Positions 1 to 10,396 of a stretch of 18,855 nt of DNA are shown here, piece by piece (position 1 is the stretch's first letter; every line of letters begins with the position of its first letter). A model generated the notes under the pieces. It searched no databases. It worked only from the letters and a program-made list of their open reading frames with translations, and was not told the DNA's origin. The translations under genes were made by a program, and so were the position numbers. Source of the DNA: Paraspadella gotoi (Eukaryota; Animalia; Chaetognatha); contig CM119267.1 in NCBI GenBank assembly GCA_051294375.1, positions 6,420,597 to 6,439,451 of the forward strand, given 5' to 3'.

Positions 1-1027
1 TTCTCTTTTTCCCTAATTTTATCTCCTTCAACTTCCCCCCCAATTTTTTTTTTTCGAAATCGAATTTCGCGGAGAAAGAAGTTTGTCTCGACTTTGAAAA
101 TCGCGTCGTGAAGGAAAATAAAAAGTCACCCAATCCACCACATAACCCACCCACAACCACTCACCAGTCACCACCATCCTGCGGATCATTTCTACCACCC
201 TGGACTTTCTCCACCCTATTTTTTCTTTCTTCTTTTCTCCTCCCACTTTCACGATTTTTTTTTTTTCAATCCAACTTTCTTTCTCTCCCTGCAACGACCT
301 CAGTCACTTTTTCTGGGCTCTTATCGCAAATCACAAGGCATGCATCATCCTTCACTTTATGAAATCGTTACAAACATTACAGAATAATTCATTCATTCAA
401 TAATTAAACTTGTCTCCCGACTTTGGACAGACAATGGTGAGTTAGGGACTCCATCCCTCTTTCAAGATAATAACTTAGTAGGGCCCAGCAAGTCAAGTTT
501 ATCAACTCCGAGAGATGCTGCCTTTCCTTATTCGTAATATATATCTCCGAAACCACCTCAACAGTTTTCCACCCATTTTCCCGTCAGCCTTCCACCATTC
601 TCACCCACCTTCTACTTCAAATACCCCCTCCCTCTCCACCCCTCACCCCCCAACTCCCCCCCGTCCCCAATAAACCTCCCCCACGTTCGACTCCCCCGGA
701 GAAGAAAGTTCAGTCACCATAAATTTGAAATTGCAAAAGTTTGATGAAGGAAAAGGCGGGGGCATCTCCGTTGCTAGGAAACGGGGAGGAAGATGGCCTA
801 AGGAGGAGGAGGAGAAGGAGGAGGAGGACCCAGCCGAGAGAGAAAAGATAATAACGCCGGTTCCAAAAAGTCAACTTTTGTCGCGCGTTTAGGTCTGACG
901 TCGACGACGACGATGATAGAGAAACTTTTTTTTTTCTAGTCATTAATTTGAATTTGGAATAAAATGTAACCCAAAAAAAAAAATATATATATCGAAAAAA
1001 GATACCAACTTGGTTATAGAATAATAA

Positions 1028-1060
<33 letters not shown>
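1028..1060. repeat. (AAT)11 microsatellite
   Basis: Direct reading. Confidence 0.95.
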
Positions 1061-1062
<2 letters not shown>

Positions 1063-1134
1063 AATAAATACATACAATACAGACATTTAAATGAAAATTA
1101 AAAAACGGAACAAAAAAAATGCGTAAGGTCATCG

Positions 1135-1159
1135 NNNNNNNNNNNNNNNNNNNNNNNNN
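1135..1159. other. Assembly gap (25 N)
   Basis: Run of N. Confidence 1.
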
Positions 1160-2761
1160 GCGAATTCGCTATCAATAACCAGATAACATCCACGTCGATC
1201 TCCATTCACTCACTAATCATTCCCGACGAATTTTTATTCCGGAGAAAAGAGTATTCGTGCTTCGTTCCTAACGAAAAATCTTCCGTTAATCCAGCGACCG
1301 ATTTGCGTCGTCGTCGTCGGGGGTCGGGTCCGTTCGTTCCGTACGATCGTTGTCGTCCGATCGCGTGTTCGATCGGTCTTCGCGTGCTCGATCGTCCGGT
1401 CGTACTTTCCAAACCCAAAGGCGAAAAGAAGATTAAAACAATCGATATGTTATTTTTTCTTTTCTTTTTTTTCTCGCCAATATTCACGAATGTAATGACG
1501 CGTGTGACGAAATAACGAATATGATCCTTTCACCATTCCATTTACACAGAATACTTATTGCTGTCGTAAATTGCAGTTCGCCTCCCACCTACGTCACCGC
1601 GCCTCCCACCGGGCCTTTTTTTCTCAATATCACCCCGCCCCCCCCCGACCACCCCTGCCCCTTCCTTACGCCAACCCCCCTTTTTCCCTCGCTCCACGCG
1701 CGCTCGCGTCTTTCTCCCGCGCGCGCTGGACGATAGCAACCGCCCAGTGCCAAAGCTCCGTATGTATCTTACGGAAAAAAAAAATTGAAATGGAAACGCA
1801 TTTAGGGATCTAAACGAAGGAAAAGGATAATTTTTGTTTCGTTTTGGTTGGGGGGGTGCGGGCAGTGAGGGGGGGGAAAGGTTGATTGGTTGTGATCTGG
1901 GTTCCGGTTTGATTGGTTTGGTGTTAATGTGTTTCGGAAGTAATCGAATCGTGAAAGATTCTTTATAAACTTTTTAAAGTTTTAAGCGATAGATATTCTC
2001 TGAATAAACAGAATTAAGAATTGTAACGTGATAATTGAAGAGTGACAAAATTTCCTTTTTGTTCTAAGGTTATTTTTAATGCATTTTTGGTCATCTTCGT
2101 TCCCTTATATTTTATCATTATTTCTTACTGTCATTTGATCTATCATTCTTTCATCACTCTCACTAACCCTTGGCTCTATCACTCTCTGTCTCAGGGCCAT
2201 TTAGAGCCCCCCTGCCCTTTCCTCACTTCCCCTTTTAAACCCCCGTCTCAAAAAAATCTCTCAAGGCGAAAAAAAAGGAGTTTTTTGTCTTTTTAAAGTT
2301 TTAACTAAAGAATCTGGTTTCACTTAACCAATTTTAAAGCGATTAGGCCTTAATTTAAGACGCGGGGTCTCGGAGACGAGAATCTTAACAGGACTCGAAA
2401 TTTCTTTAACTGGGGATCTTAAACATTGTGTGGTAAGACTAAGAAGCAAACTTATATCAGATATCATTGCAGGAATTATCTGTTAAATATAATTTAGAAA
2501 CTTAATTAAAAATTTCAACGCTTATATATTTAATCCACAAGCTCACCAACCGTGGTCCAAAACTTAAAAAATACCTTGGGGTCTTTCAGATCTCAGATCA
2601 GAACCCCAGGTCCAGCACCCTCATCTCAAACCTTTCAACAAGTGCGAAAACGATTGTTCTAAATCAAACGTTTAAAACCGGGGGTCTCGAACCCGCGACC
2701 CGGCGAAACCCCCAAAACCTTGTGGACCATTAAAAGCAACGGCATCCCGGGATTGAAGAAA

Positions 2762-2939
2762 GACGACGACGACGACGACGACGACGACGAAAACTGGCGG
2801 CGATGAGGACGAAGGAAATTTGACGCCGACGACGACGACGACGACGAAAAAGTCGGCGACGATGACGACGACGATAATGGCGCGAAACTGTGATGGTGAT
2901 GTCGTTGTCCTCGAGTTCACAACCAGAAAAGCCTCGTCA

Positions 2940-2979
<40 letters not shown>
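2762..2979. repeat. Cluster of (GAC)n tracts: (GAC)9 at 2762-2790, degenerate tract ~2822-2875, (CGA)13 at 2941-2979
   Basis: Direct reading. Confidence 0.9.
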
Positions 2980-2980
<1 letters not shown>

Positions 2981-3062
2981 GGATGGAATTTGATGGAAGG
3001 AGTCTAAGGGAGGCCGACGTCAACCCGAGTAGAAACTTGCGTTGGTTGACGCCTTCGGGCGC

Positions 3063-3232
3063 TTCGTCGTCTTTGTCGTCGGCTTTGTCGTTGTCATCGT
3101 CGTCGTCGTCTTTGTCGTCGTGGTTGTCATCGTCGTCGCCTTCATTGTTGTTTGTTTTGACGTCATTGTCGTCATCGTCTTTTTTGTTGAAGTCGACGTC
3201 TTTGTCTTCGTCGTCTTAGTCGTCATCGTCAT
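3063..3232. repeat. Degenerate (GTC)n triplet tract, opposite orientation to the upstream (GAC)n cluster
   Basis: GTC/GTT/ATC triplets in unbroken register. Confidence 0.85.
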
Positions 3233-3646
3233 CTCTCACTAACTGATTATTATATTATTATTATTATAACTGACTAATAACAATAAATTAACTTTTATTT
3301 TTTTAAATGGTACATTTGGAACATCAATCATTATTACGTAAATTGATCGTTATGTCATATTGTCATTACTTTGTTTCATTTTGTCAGACTTCACTTCGTC
3401 GTCTTCGTCGTCCTCCGCAGCGCCAGCGGCAGCTGCGGCGTATTTTCCCGCCGCGCCTTTCCTGCTTCGAATCATTTTTGTGGAAAAAGACTTGAAATGT
3501 CTGGGGGTTTCCACGCGGCGCTCCGGCCGCGCCCGCCGATCCCAGCCGCGCCCGCGCCGCGCCCGCCGCCCCACGCCGCACCGCCCTTCTTTCTCGGGTT
3601 ATATATCGTCGTATTCCAACATAATAGCTTCTCAATATGTAAAAAA

Positions 3647-3652
<6 letters not shown>

Positions 3653-3725
<73 letters not shown>

Positions 3726-3739
3726 TCTCTCTCTCTCTC
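3653..3739. repeat. Interrupted (CT)n microsatellite
   Basis: Direct reading. Confidence 0.95.
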
Positions 3740-4331
3740 GCTCGCTCTCGATTTTTTTTTTTCCGTTTTGCTCCATTTTAGAGAGAAAATGAGAGGAGAG
3801 AAAAGTTCCCTGCTTTTTTTTTTTATCATTTAACTTCTTCATTTTCTTTGATGTAATGTTATCTTTAGTTTCTTTCTTTATCGGATTCTGTTTCCTTTTC
3901 CTTATTTTCTATCTTTAAGTAAAGTGAATATTATTCATAACTTCTTTCTTTATAAATATAATGGTTTTTATTTATTAATGTCATCTTAGTGACTCTACTA
4001 ATTATAGTTATAATATTTGACTATTTCTTTTTTCATTTACTCGATTTATCATCTTTGCTATTTTTCTTTCTTCACTTTCCTCTTTTTCTTCTTCTTCTTC
4101 GTCTTCTTTCGAGCGGCCATCATGAATTTAGAGAAAAAGTTGAAAGAGAACAAAAAGAATTTTTTTTCTTCTCAAAAAAAAGGGAAAAAAGGGAAAAAAT
4201 GGATGACGATGGAAATGGACAAAAAATGGAATAAAAATGAAGAGAGGAAAATAGAAAAAAAAAAGGCGAAAAAAAGTTAGAATTAAAATGGAATAAAAAT
4301 TAAAAACCAATCTTGAAAGGAGAAAAAAAAG

Positions 4332-4396
4332 AATTTATCATTATAATTTATCATTATAATTTATCATTATAATTTATAATTATAATTTATAATTAT
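4332..4396. repeat. 13-bp minisatellite AATTTAT(C/A)ATTAT x5
   Basis: Three copies with C followed by two with A. Confidence 0.9.
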
Positions 4397-4947
4397 TATT
4401 ATTATAATATGAAAAACGCCACCAGTATATCGATTCAGAAATTACAGTATCGGCCCTCAATGCAGTTCGATACTGCAGGAATCAACCGATGTACATTCAT
4501 CGGGACCTCGAGGATGTCTGGGGAGACCGTTGTACTCCGCTTGGGTTCTCCGCCTAGAACGCCCCCCCCCGCACCCCCGCCCCCCCCCCCCCGCCTCGGC
4601 CGCTTGCGTCGCCCCAGAGACTCTTTTTGTCTCGAATTTCCCTTTTTCACTCCAGAGTCGAACTTCACTCCAGAGATCGAGGATCGACTCACTCTTGAGA
4701 TCAACCCGGGAAAGGAAAATAGAAATAATATGAAAAGAAAAAAAGAAAAAAAGAAAAATGTCGGGTTTTAAAAAAAAAAATTAAATCCCCAATCCACGAG
4801 ACGTACATCGTACATAAGAGGATATCCAGTTTATTATTAAGAAAATAAAATCCAAAGTTATTATCTCTTCCTCTCTCCGTAAAAATGATTGGCGCATTTC
4901 AGATTTCAATGAATCGATTTCATTTCGTTTTGTTCGCCATTTTTATC

Positions 4948-5005
4948 TGTACATTGTGTAAATTGTGTACATTGTGTACATTGAGTACATTGTGTACATT
5001 GTGTA
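4948..5005. repeat. 9-bp minisatellite TGTACATTG x6.4
   Basis: Units at 4948, 4957, 4966, 4975, 4984, 4993; two single-base variants. Confidence 0.95.
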
Positions 5006-5446
5006 GACCGTACAACCAGCGTACAACCTCCACCCAACTTCTTCACACTCAATTCTCTCTTTCACAACTTCTACGATATTCTCGCACTCTCTTGCACGCC
5101 CTCGCGCTTTCTCTCTCACTCTCCCTCGCTCTCCCTCGCTCTCACTCACTCTCTCGCTCTGTCTCACTCGCTCTCCGACCTCTCGCCGGGGAAAAAGCGA
5201 GAAATGTTCAGGGAGGCAGAAGCAAAGGTCGACCTGAGTTGGAGGATGGCGGAGCGAGGGTTCTGTTTGCCCGCCGGTTTTTTTTTCGATGCTTCGCCAA
5301 TGAGATTGCTTCCTTTCAATGAATCGTTTTAGGAATTTAAATATTATCGTTAAAGTTATACTGGTTTATAATTTTTTTAAATTTTTAAACCTTTTTTAAA
5401 AAAAAATATTTTCCTCTTAATCTATTTCCCCCCCCTTTATTTTTTT

Positions 5447-5820
5447 AGTTGCGCCGCGAGTAGTCGCGGAGAAACTCTAGAAGTCACTTTTCGGTCGGTC
5501 GGTCCGTCGGTATGTCTGTCCGTCGGTCTGTCCCACTTACGTTAAAAATGCTCATAACTTGCATATAATTGGTTGCTCATTTGTTAAGACAGGAAAAACC
5601 TCAAATTTAAGGGACTGCTAGCGCCGCCTTTAGGAAATAAAAGATGAAAGACAAAAGACAAAATTTAGATGTAGTGCTTGCCATAAATAAATGGGCTAAG
5701 AAAGTTATGGTAGTCATTTAGTCATGTCATATCACGTTGTAATGTCATGTCATATCACAAGAAACATACATAATAAGGCAGTTACTACGACGCAACACAT
5801 TTGAATTACCGTTCTTTTTT
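5447..5820 (+). mobile_element. DINE-1/HINE-like non-autonomous Helentron (rolling-circle) element candidate
   Basis: T-run, then 5' hairpin AGTTGCGCCGCGA-GTAG-TCGCGGAGAAACT (5447-5476); (GTCN)n microsatellite 5491-5533; internal duplicate GTCATGTCATATCAC (~5721 and ~5744); 3' sub-terminal inverted copy CGACGCAAC (5788-5796, 8/9 complementary to GTTGCGCCG 5448-5456); ends in a T-run. The expected 3' stem-loop is weak or degenerate. Confidence 0.6.
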
Positions 5821-6299
5821 CATCTTTCGCTGTCTTACTCAAGACCAATAAAAAATTAATAAATAAAAAAATTTAAAAAACCCGCCTGGACGCATTCTGT
5901 TTCAGTATGTTTATATTTCATCAGTTAGTGATTTATTTCCCCATATTTTTTTTCATATCCATAATATTACTTTACTTAAATAATATTATTGAGTAATCAA
6001 ATAAAACGACGCATCATATATTCTGAAATTCCTAGTTTAACTTCTTTTTTTTAAGAATTTTTTTCCTCTCTCACGCTTTAGTGGCTTCTTGGAAGTCGGG
6101 GTTTTCTGCGACATAAACCGACCTCAGCAGAAAGAAAGTTAAATTTTCAGTTATATAGCGAACTGCACGTATACAAGTGGAAACCATTTCATATTAAACA
6201 TATTTTTAAAAACCATTTTATCGTTTATAATTATTTAAACGTTTCAAATTCGCTTAAAAATAAAACAAATTGGAATACCAGAGTTTCCTTGCTGCAATT

Positions 6300-6301
<2 letters not shown>

Positions 6302-6351
<50 letters not shown>
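6302..6351. repeat. (CT)25 microsatellite
   Basis: Direct reading. Confidence 0.95.
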
Positions 6352-6355
<4 letters not shown>

Positions 6356-6547
6356 CAATTACTTTTTTTACCTTCTATCAATCGCTCTTTGGCCCTTTGA
6401 GCAGACATGTGTCTGGGCGCCTTGCCGTCACACATTCTAACGACCACTTTTTCAAATTCTCACAGCCATTTCTCACATTCTGTCGTCTCTCTCTCAATAA
6501 TCACATTTTTAAAGTCACTTTCCAAAACTCTCTTTCATCTTCCCCAT

Positions 6548-6573
6548 TCTCTCTCTCTCTCTCTTCTCTCTCT

Positions 6574-6633
<60 letters not shown>
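6548..6633. repeat. Interrupted (CT)n microsatellite
   Basis: Direct reading. Confidence 0.95.
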
Positions 6634-6873
6634 GCAAAGATCCTAGCTTCAGTTTTTCTCTCTCCCTCTCTTGTCGCTCTCTTGCCCTCTAGCGGTCGGT
6701 TATCTCGCCATCCCCCGCGGGGCGCGCGCTCGCAAACTCTGCGCCTCCGCTAAGCGTCACTCGATGGAAAGAAAAAAAGTCGCGCGAAAAAAAAGGAAAA
6801 AAAAGAAGGAAAAGAAAAAAAAAGTAGAGGAAAAAAAAGGATCAAAAGTCAACCGAAAGAGAAACGATTATGC

Positions 6874-6915
6874 GGAGGAAGAGGAGGAAGAGGAGGAGGA
6901 GGAGGAGGAGGAAGA
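6874..6915. repeat. (GAG/GAA)n triplet tract
   Basis: Direct reading. Confidence 0.85.
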
Positions 6916-7110
6916 AAAAGTCATAAAAGAGTGAGGAAAGGAAATAAGAGAAGATTTAAGCAGAAATGGAGAGGAAATTCAACGAAAATATGGGTAAGTT
7001 AATCGGAGTTGGGATAGAAGAATAAAAGGTTGAATTAAGGAAACCGAAGATAATCTTCGTAGTAGTGATAAAAAAAAACATCTGAATAAAAGTTTATTAA
7101 TCATAAATGT

Positions 7111-7144
7111 TGTATAATGTATACTGTATACTGTATAATGTATA
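7111..7144. repeat. 7-bp tandem repeat TGTATA(A/C) x~5
   Basis: Direct reading. Confidence 0.85.
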
Positions 7145-7677
7145 GATGATGGCTCTATTTGCAGAAGACAATACTAGCCCCCCCTTTCTCCATTAAATAT
7201 TCACAAATTTATCAAAGGGAGCTTATTTTTTAAATTTAATTGTTAAGAATTATACATACTAATCAATTTTTTTTGGGAACAAAAGTTTATTTTTACATAT
7301 AATAATTTAGAAATATCTTGTAACTGAAATATTACTTTGTTTTTGTTCTTTTGATTATGATTATTATTATGAAGATGAGGTAAGAAGAGAAAAGGTCAGA
7401 AAATACGTGGAAAGAAATGAAAAATGAGAAATACAGAAAAATAAAGTAAAAAAAATAATGATATCATTTTGGGAGAATTCTACGCTGAGAATGAGGAGAA
7501 TTTTATGTTGACTGAGCTGTGAGCAGTGAGCACCATAAAAGGACGAGAAATTCATTATGCTATATAAATTAAATTAAAAAAAACTTATAAATGATAATAA
7601 GTAAAAAGATACTTTTAAGACCCGTTAAATGTTTAATCCCTTTGTTTCGATCCTAAACTAAATCAACCTCTGAGTGG

Positions 7678-7733
7678 TCGCCCTTCACATCTTCGCCCTT
7701 CCCATCTTCGCCCTTCCCATCTTCGCCCTTCCC
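7678..7733. repeat. 15-bp minisatellite TCGCCCTTCCCATCT x3.7
   Basis: Units at 7678, 7693, 7708, 7723; degenerate echoes to ~7783. Confidence 0.9.
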
Positions 7734-8118
7734 TCTTTTTAACTTTTTCGCCGTTCCCCGGGCACTTCGCCTTTCCTCTCGCCTGACGACTCGCGTCGAA
7801 GATTCCATTTTTAAGATCTTAATAATCAATTTTTTTTTGTCTTTTGTCCTTCATAATTTATTCCGTCGGGAAGAGAGTGGGGTCGGGTGGGTAGGGCGGG
7901 AGGAATCTGACTGGATCGATTCGACAAAACCAAACGCATGACGATCCAGTCGATTCTTCTCTTCTTCCGGTCGGTTCGACTGAATTTAAAAAAAAAAAGT
8001 TTTGTTCGGAATAAAAAATATAATAATAATTCGAAAAACATTCACCTTTCTATTTTAAACTATTTGATTGCTTTTTTTCTTTTAGTTTTTTACTTAAAGA
8101 CAATGTTTTCCGTTAAAG

Positions 8119-8160
<42 letters not shown>

Positions 8161-8205
8161 CTTCTCTTCTCTCTCTCTCTACTCTCTCTCTCTCTCTCTC
8201 TCTCT
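8119..8205. repeat. Interrupted (CT)n microsatellite
   Basis: Direct reading. Confidence 0.95.
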
Positions 8206-8809
8206 TTCCCTCAAGTCTTTTTTTCTATCCAATTTTTTTTTATTTTTAGTTGCAGTTTGATTTTGTTTTTATTCAAGATCCTGCTGGCGAGACTTTCTTG
8301 CGTGGTACTTTGTACTCACTCTTTTTTTGATCATATCTTTTAAACTACTACGTCCCTTAACTTCAGGCCTCTGCCTCCGCTCGAAGGGCATGCGGTTCAT
8401 GCTGGATTCAGTAGAAAATAAAAGAAATGATTTAAATAAATATATAAATAGTATATATATTGGTTGTACCAATTTTATAATAGAATAAAGTTCTCATAAT
8501 GAATATTTGAAATTCAATGGAAGTTTTCAAGAAGTGTTCTTTTGTTTCTCAACGGTTTGTATAATAAAGCTCGGATGCAACTTTTACAAGCGACATCTAC
8601 GAGAAACTACAAACAAAAGATTTCAAATCACGTATTTTCTGGATTGTTTAAAAACCATGAAATTATAATCGTTATCTGCTATTTTATATCAATAACAGTG
8701 GCGCCCTATTAACGCCAGTGTGTGTGACTTTTATTGCTAAAGTTTGTACTTTAAATATTTTTTCTTTCGTATTTATTAGACCACGGATTTCAGAAAGGGC
8801 CGATATTCA

Positions 8810-10396
8810 ATGTCTCTCTCATCATTCTCGGCAATCTCCAGCCTCGGCGACGACGACGACGACGACGACGACACCACCACCTTTCGCCAAACTGGTCTTC
8901 ACAGCGAGACTCGGCACACCTCGCGACGTCCGCGAGATGGAAGCTTTCCGACGCCTCGCGACGACCTCCTCGAAGAATTGGCGAAGAATCCATCGCGATC
9001 CAACGAGATCCTGAAGCAGTTGAAGACCGGATTGGGGAGGCCCTCTGTCGGTCGAGGAGGATACTACGATGACGAAGACGACGATGATGGGACGGACGCG
9101 ACTATGGACTCACGTCAGCTTAACAAACGACGTGAGTGGGTTTCGTCACGGACGGACAAAAATTACGATTTGAAGTTTGAAAAATGGCGAAGAATTCCCG
9201 CAGGTGGCAGGACAGTCATGGGCAAAAATACTAAAAACCGCTGTACGGGAGACAACGTCAAAGACGTAAATAACAACAGCAATTACAACAACAACGACAA
9301 CAACAACAACAACGAAATCCTGATAGACCTCGAGTACAAAGTAGATCAACTGCGACGCGAACTCAAGGATTCCCGACAACGCAGTCAACGCGCCGAGATC
9401 CTGACCAACAACTTGAGAGAATCCTTGAGGAATAAACAAAAGGCAATCGAGGAGTTGGAGAAGGAAAAGCGGAAGATGTCGATGCGACTCGATCGAGCGA
9501 AAAACTCGGTAGAGTTGATTCGCGCGGAATCGGAGGAGTCTCGGGTAAAGATGGAGAGAGAGGAGAGCGGGAGGAAGAGGGAGAGGGAGGAGGAGAGAGC
9601 GAGGGAGACGGAGTGGAAGGCGAGGGAGAGAGAGATGAGTGAGGAGATGAGACGAAGAGAGGAGACGAGTCGGAGGACGGCGGATGAGGCGAGGGAGATG
9701 GCGAGGAAATTGGCGGAAGCGGACATGAAGGGAGAATCGTTGGAGGAGGAGTTGAAGAGGAAAGAGGAAGAGAGGGAGGAAGAGAGAAAGGAATTTAGAA
9801 AGGAACTCTGTTCTTGTCTCGCTGAGATCAAGAGGCTGAGGGACGCGAACGAAAACGTCCACGAGCTCGTCAAGGTGCGTCGGGACGAAGCGGAGTCCGG
9901 AGGGAAAGAGGATAACGATTCCGAAGAAAAAAACAAATTCGAAAAACTGATCAAGATTTTTCGAGAAAAGATTGAAAGGTTGAAGGGAGAGAGAGACGAT
10001 TCGAACGCGAGGATCGACGAGCTGCGCGAAGCCTTGGAGGAGAAGAGAATCTCGACGGCGAAGGCGGAGAGGATCGTCGAGGACAACCGGAGGCTGAGGG
10101 AGGCGCTGGAACGGGTCGTCGTCGAGGCGAAGGGTTGGAAGGAGAAGAAGAGGGCGTTGGAGGAAGAGGTGGAGGATTTGATGGAGGAGAAGAGGAAGAC
10201 GTCGAAACGATTGACGGAGGCGGAGGCGAAGGAAGAGGATAAGAGGGAACAACACGCCGAGGAAATGGAGAAAGCGAAGAAAAGCGAAAAGATTTTGGCG
10301 GGAAAATTGAAAAAAGCTGAGGAAGAAGCGATCGAAATGAGAGGAAGAATAGAATCGCGAGAGGCGACCGTCTCGGCGCTGGAAAGACAATTGAAG
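8810..10396 (+). CDS. Exon 1 (529 codons): acidic/low-complexity N-terminus (poly-D, poly-N) followed by coiled-coil
   Basis: 530-aa ORF in the track; heptad-like L/I spacing from LIDLEYKVDQLRRELKDS onward; ends at a GT donor where composition switches to AT-rich. Confidence 0.9.

Noticed and set aside
491-541. Minus-strand peptide YITNKERQHLSELINLT resembling homeodomain helix 2
   Set aside because: No WFxNRR helix 3 or usable splice donor follows; likely chance
1652-2226. Similar 18-mers CCCCTGCCCCTTCCTTAC (1652) and CCCCTGCCCTTTCCTCAC (2209)
   Set aside because: C/T-rich low-complexity context; expected by chance
2675-2745. Minus-strand B-box/T-arm-like GGGTTCGAGACCC
   Set aside because: No acceptor, D or anticodon stems and a poor A-box; at most a SINE relic
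3360-3842. ORFs containing SLSLSL or ERERER runs here and at 4885, 6289, 7938, 13949 and 17030
   Set aside because: Open only because (CT)n/(GA)n tracts lack stop codons
5885-5930. Second hammerhead-like string on the minus strand (CUGAUGA...GAAAC...GUC)
   Set aside because: Stem II is weak with a mismatch and no G-C closing pair, and stem I cannot form (CACUAA vs CAGGCG)
4332-7733. Short tandem arrays (13, 9, 7 and 15 bp) considered as CRISPR-like
   Set aside because: Head-to-tail repeats without unique spacers, eukaryotic context, no cas genes
7938-7985. Possible SECIS element (ATGA followed by a stem)
   Set aside because: No apical AA motif or GA quartet in register, and not in an identified 3'-UTR
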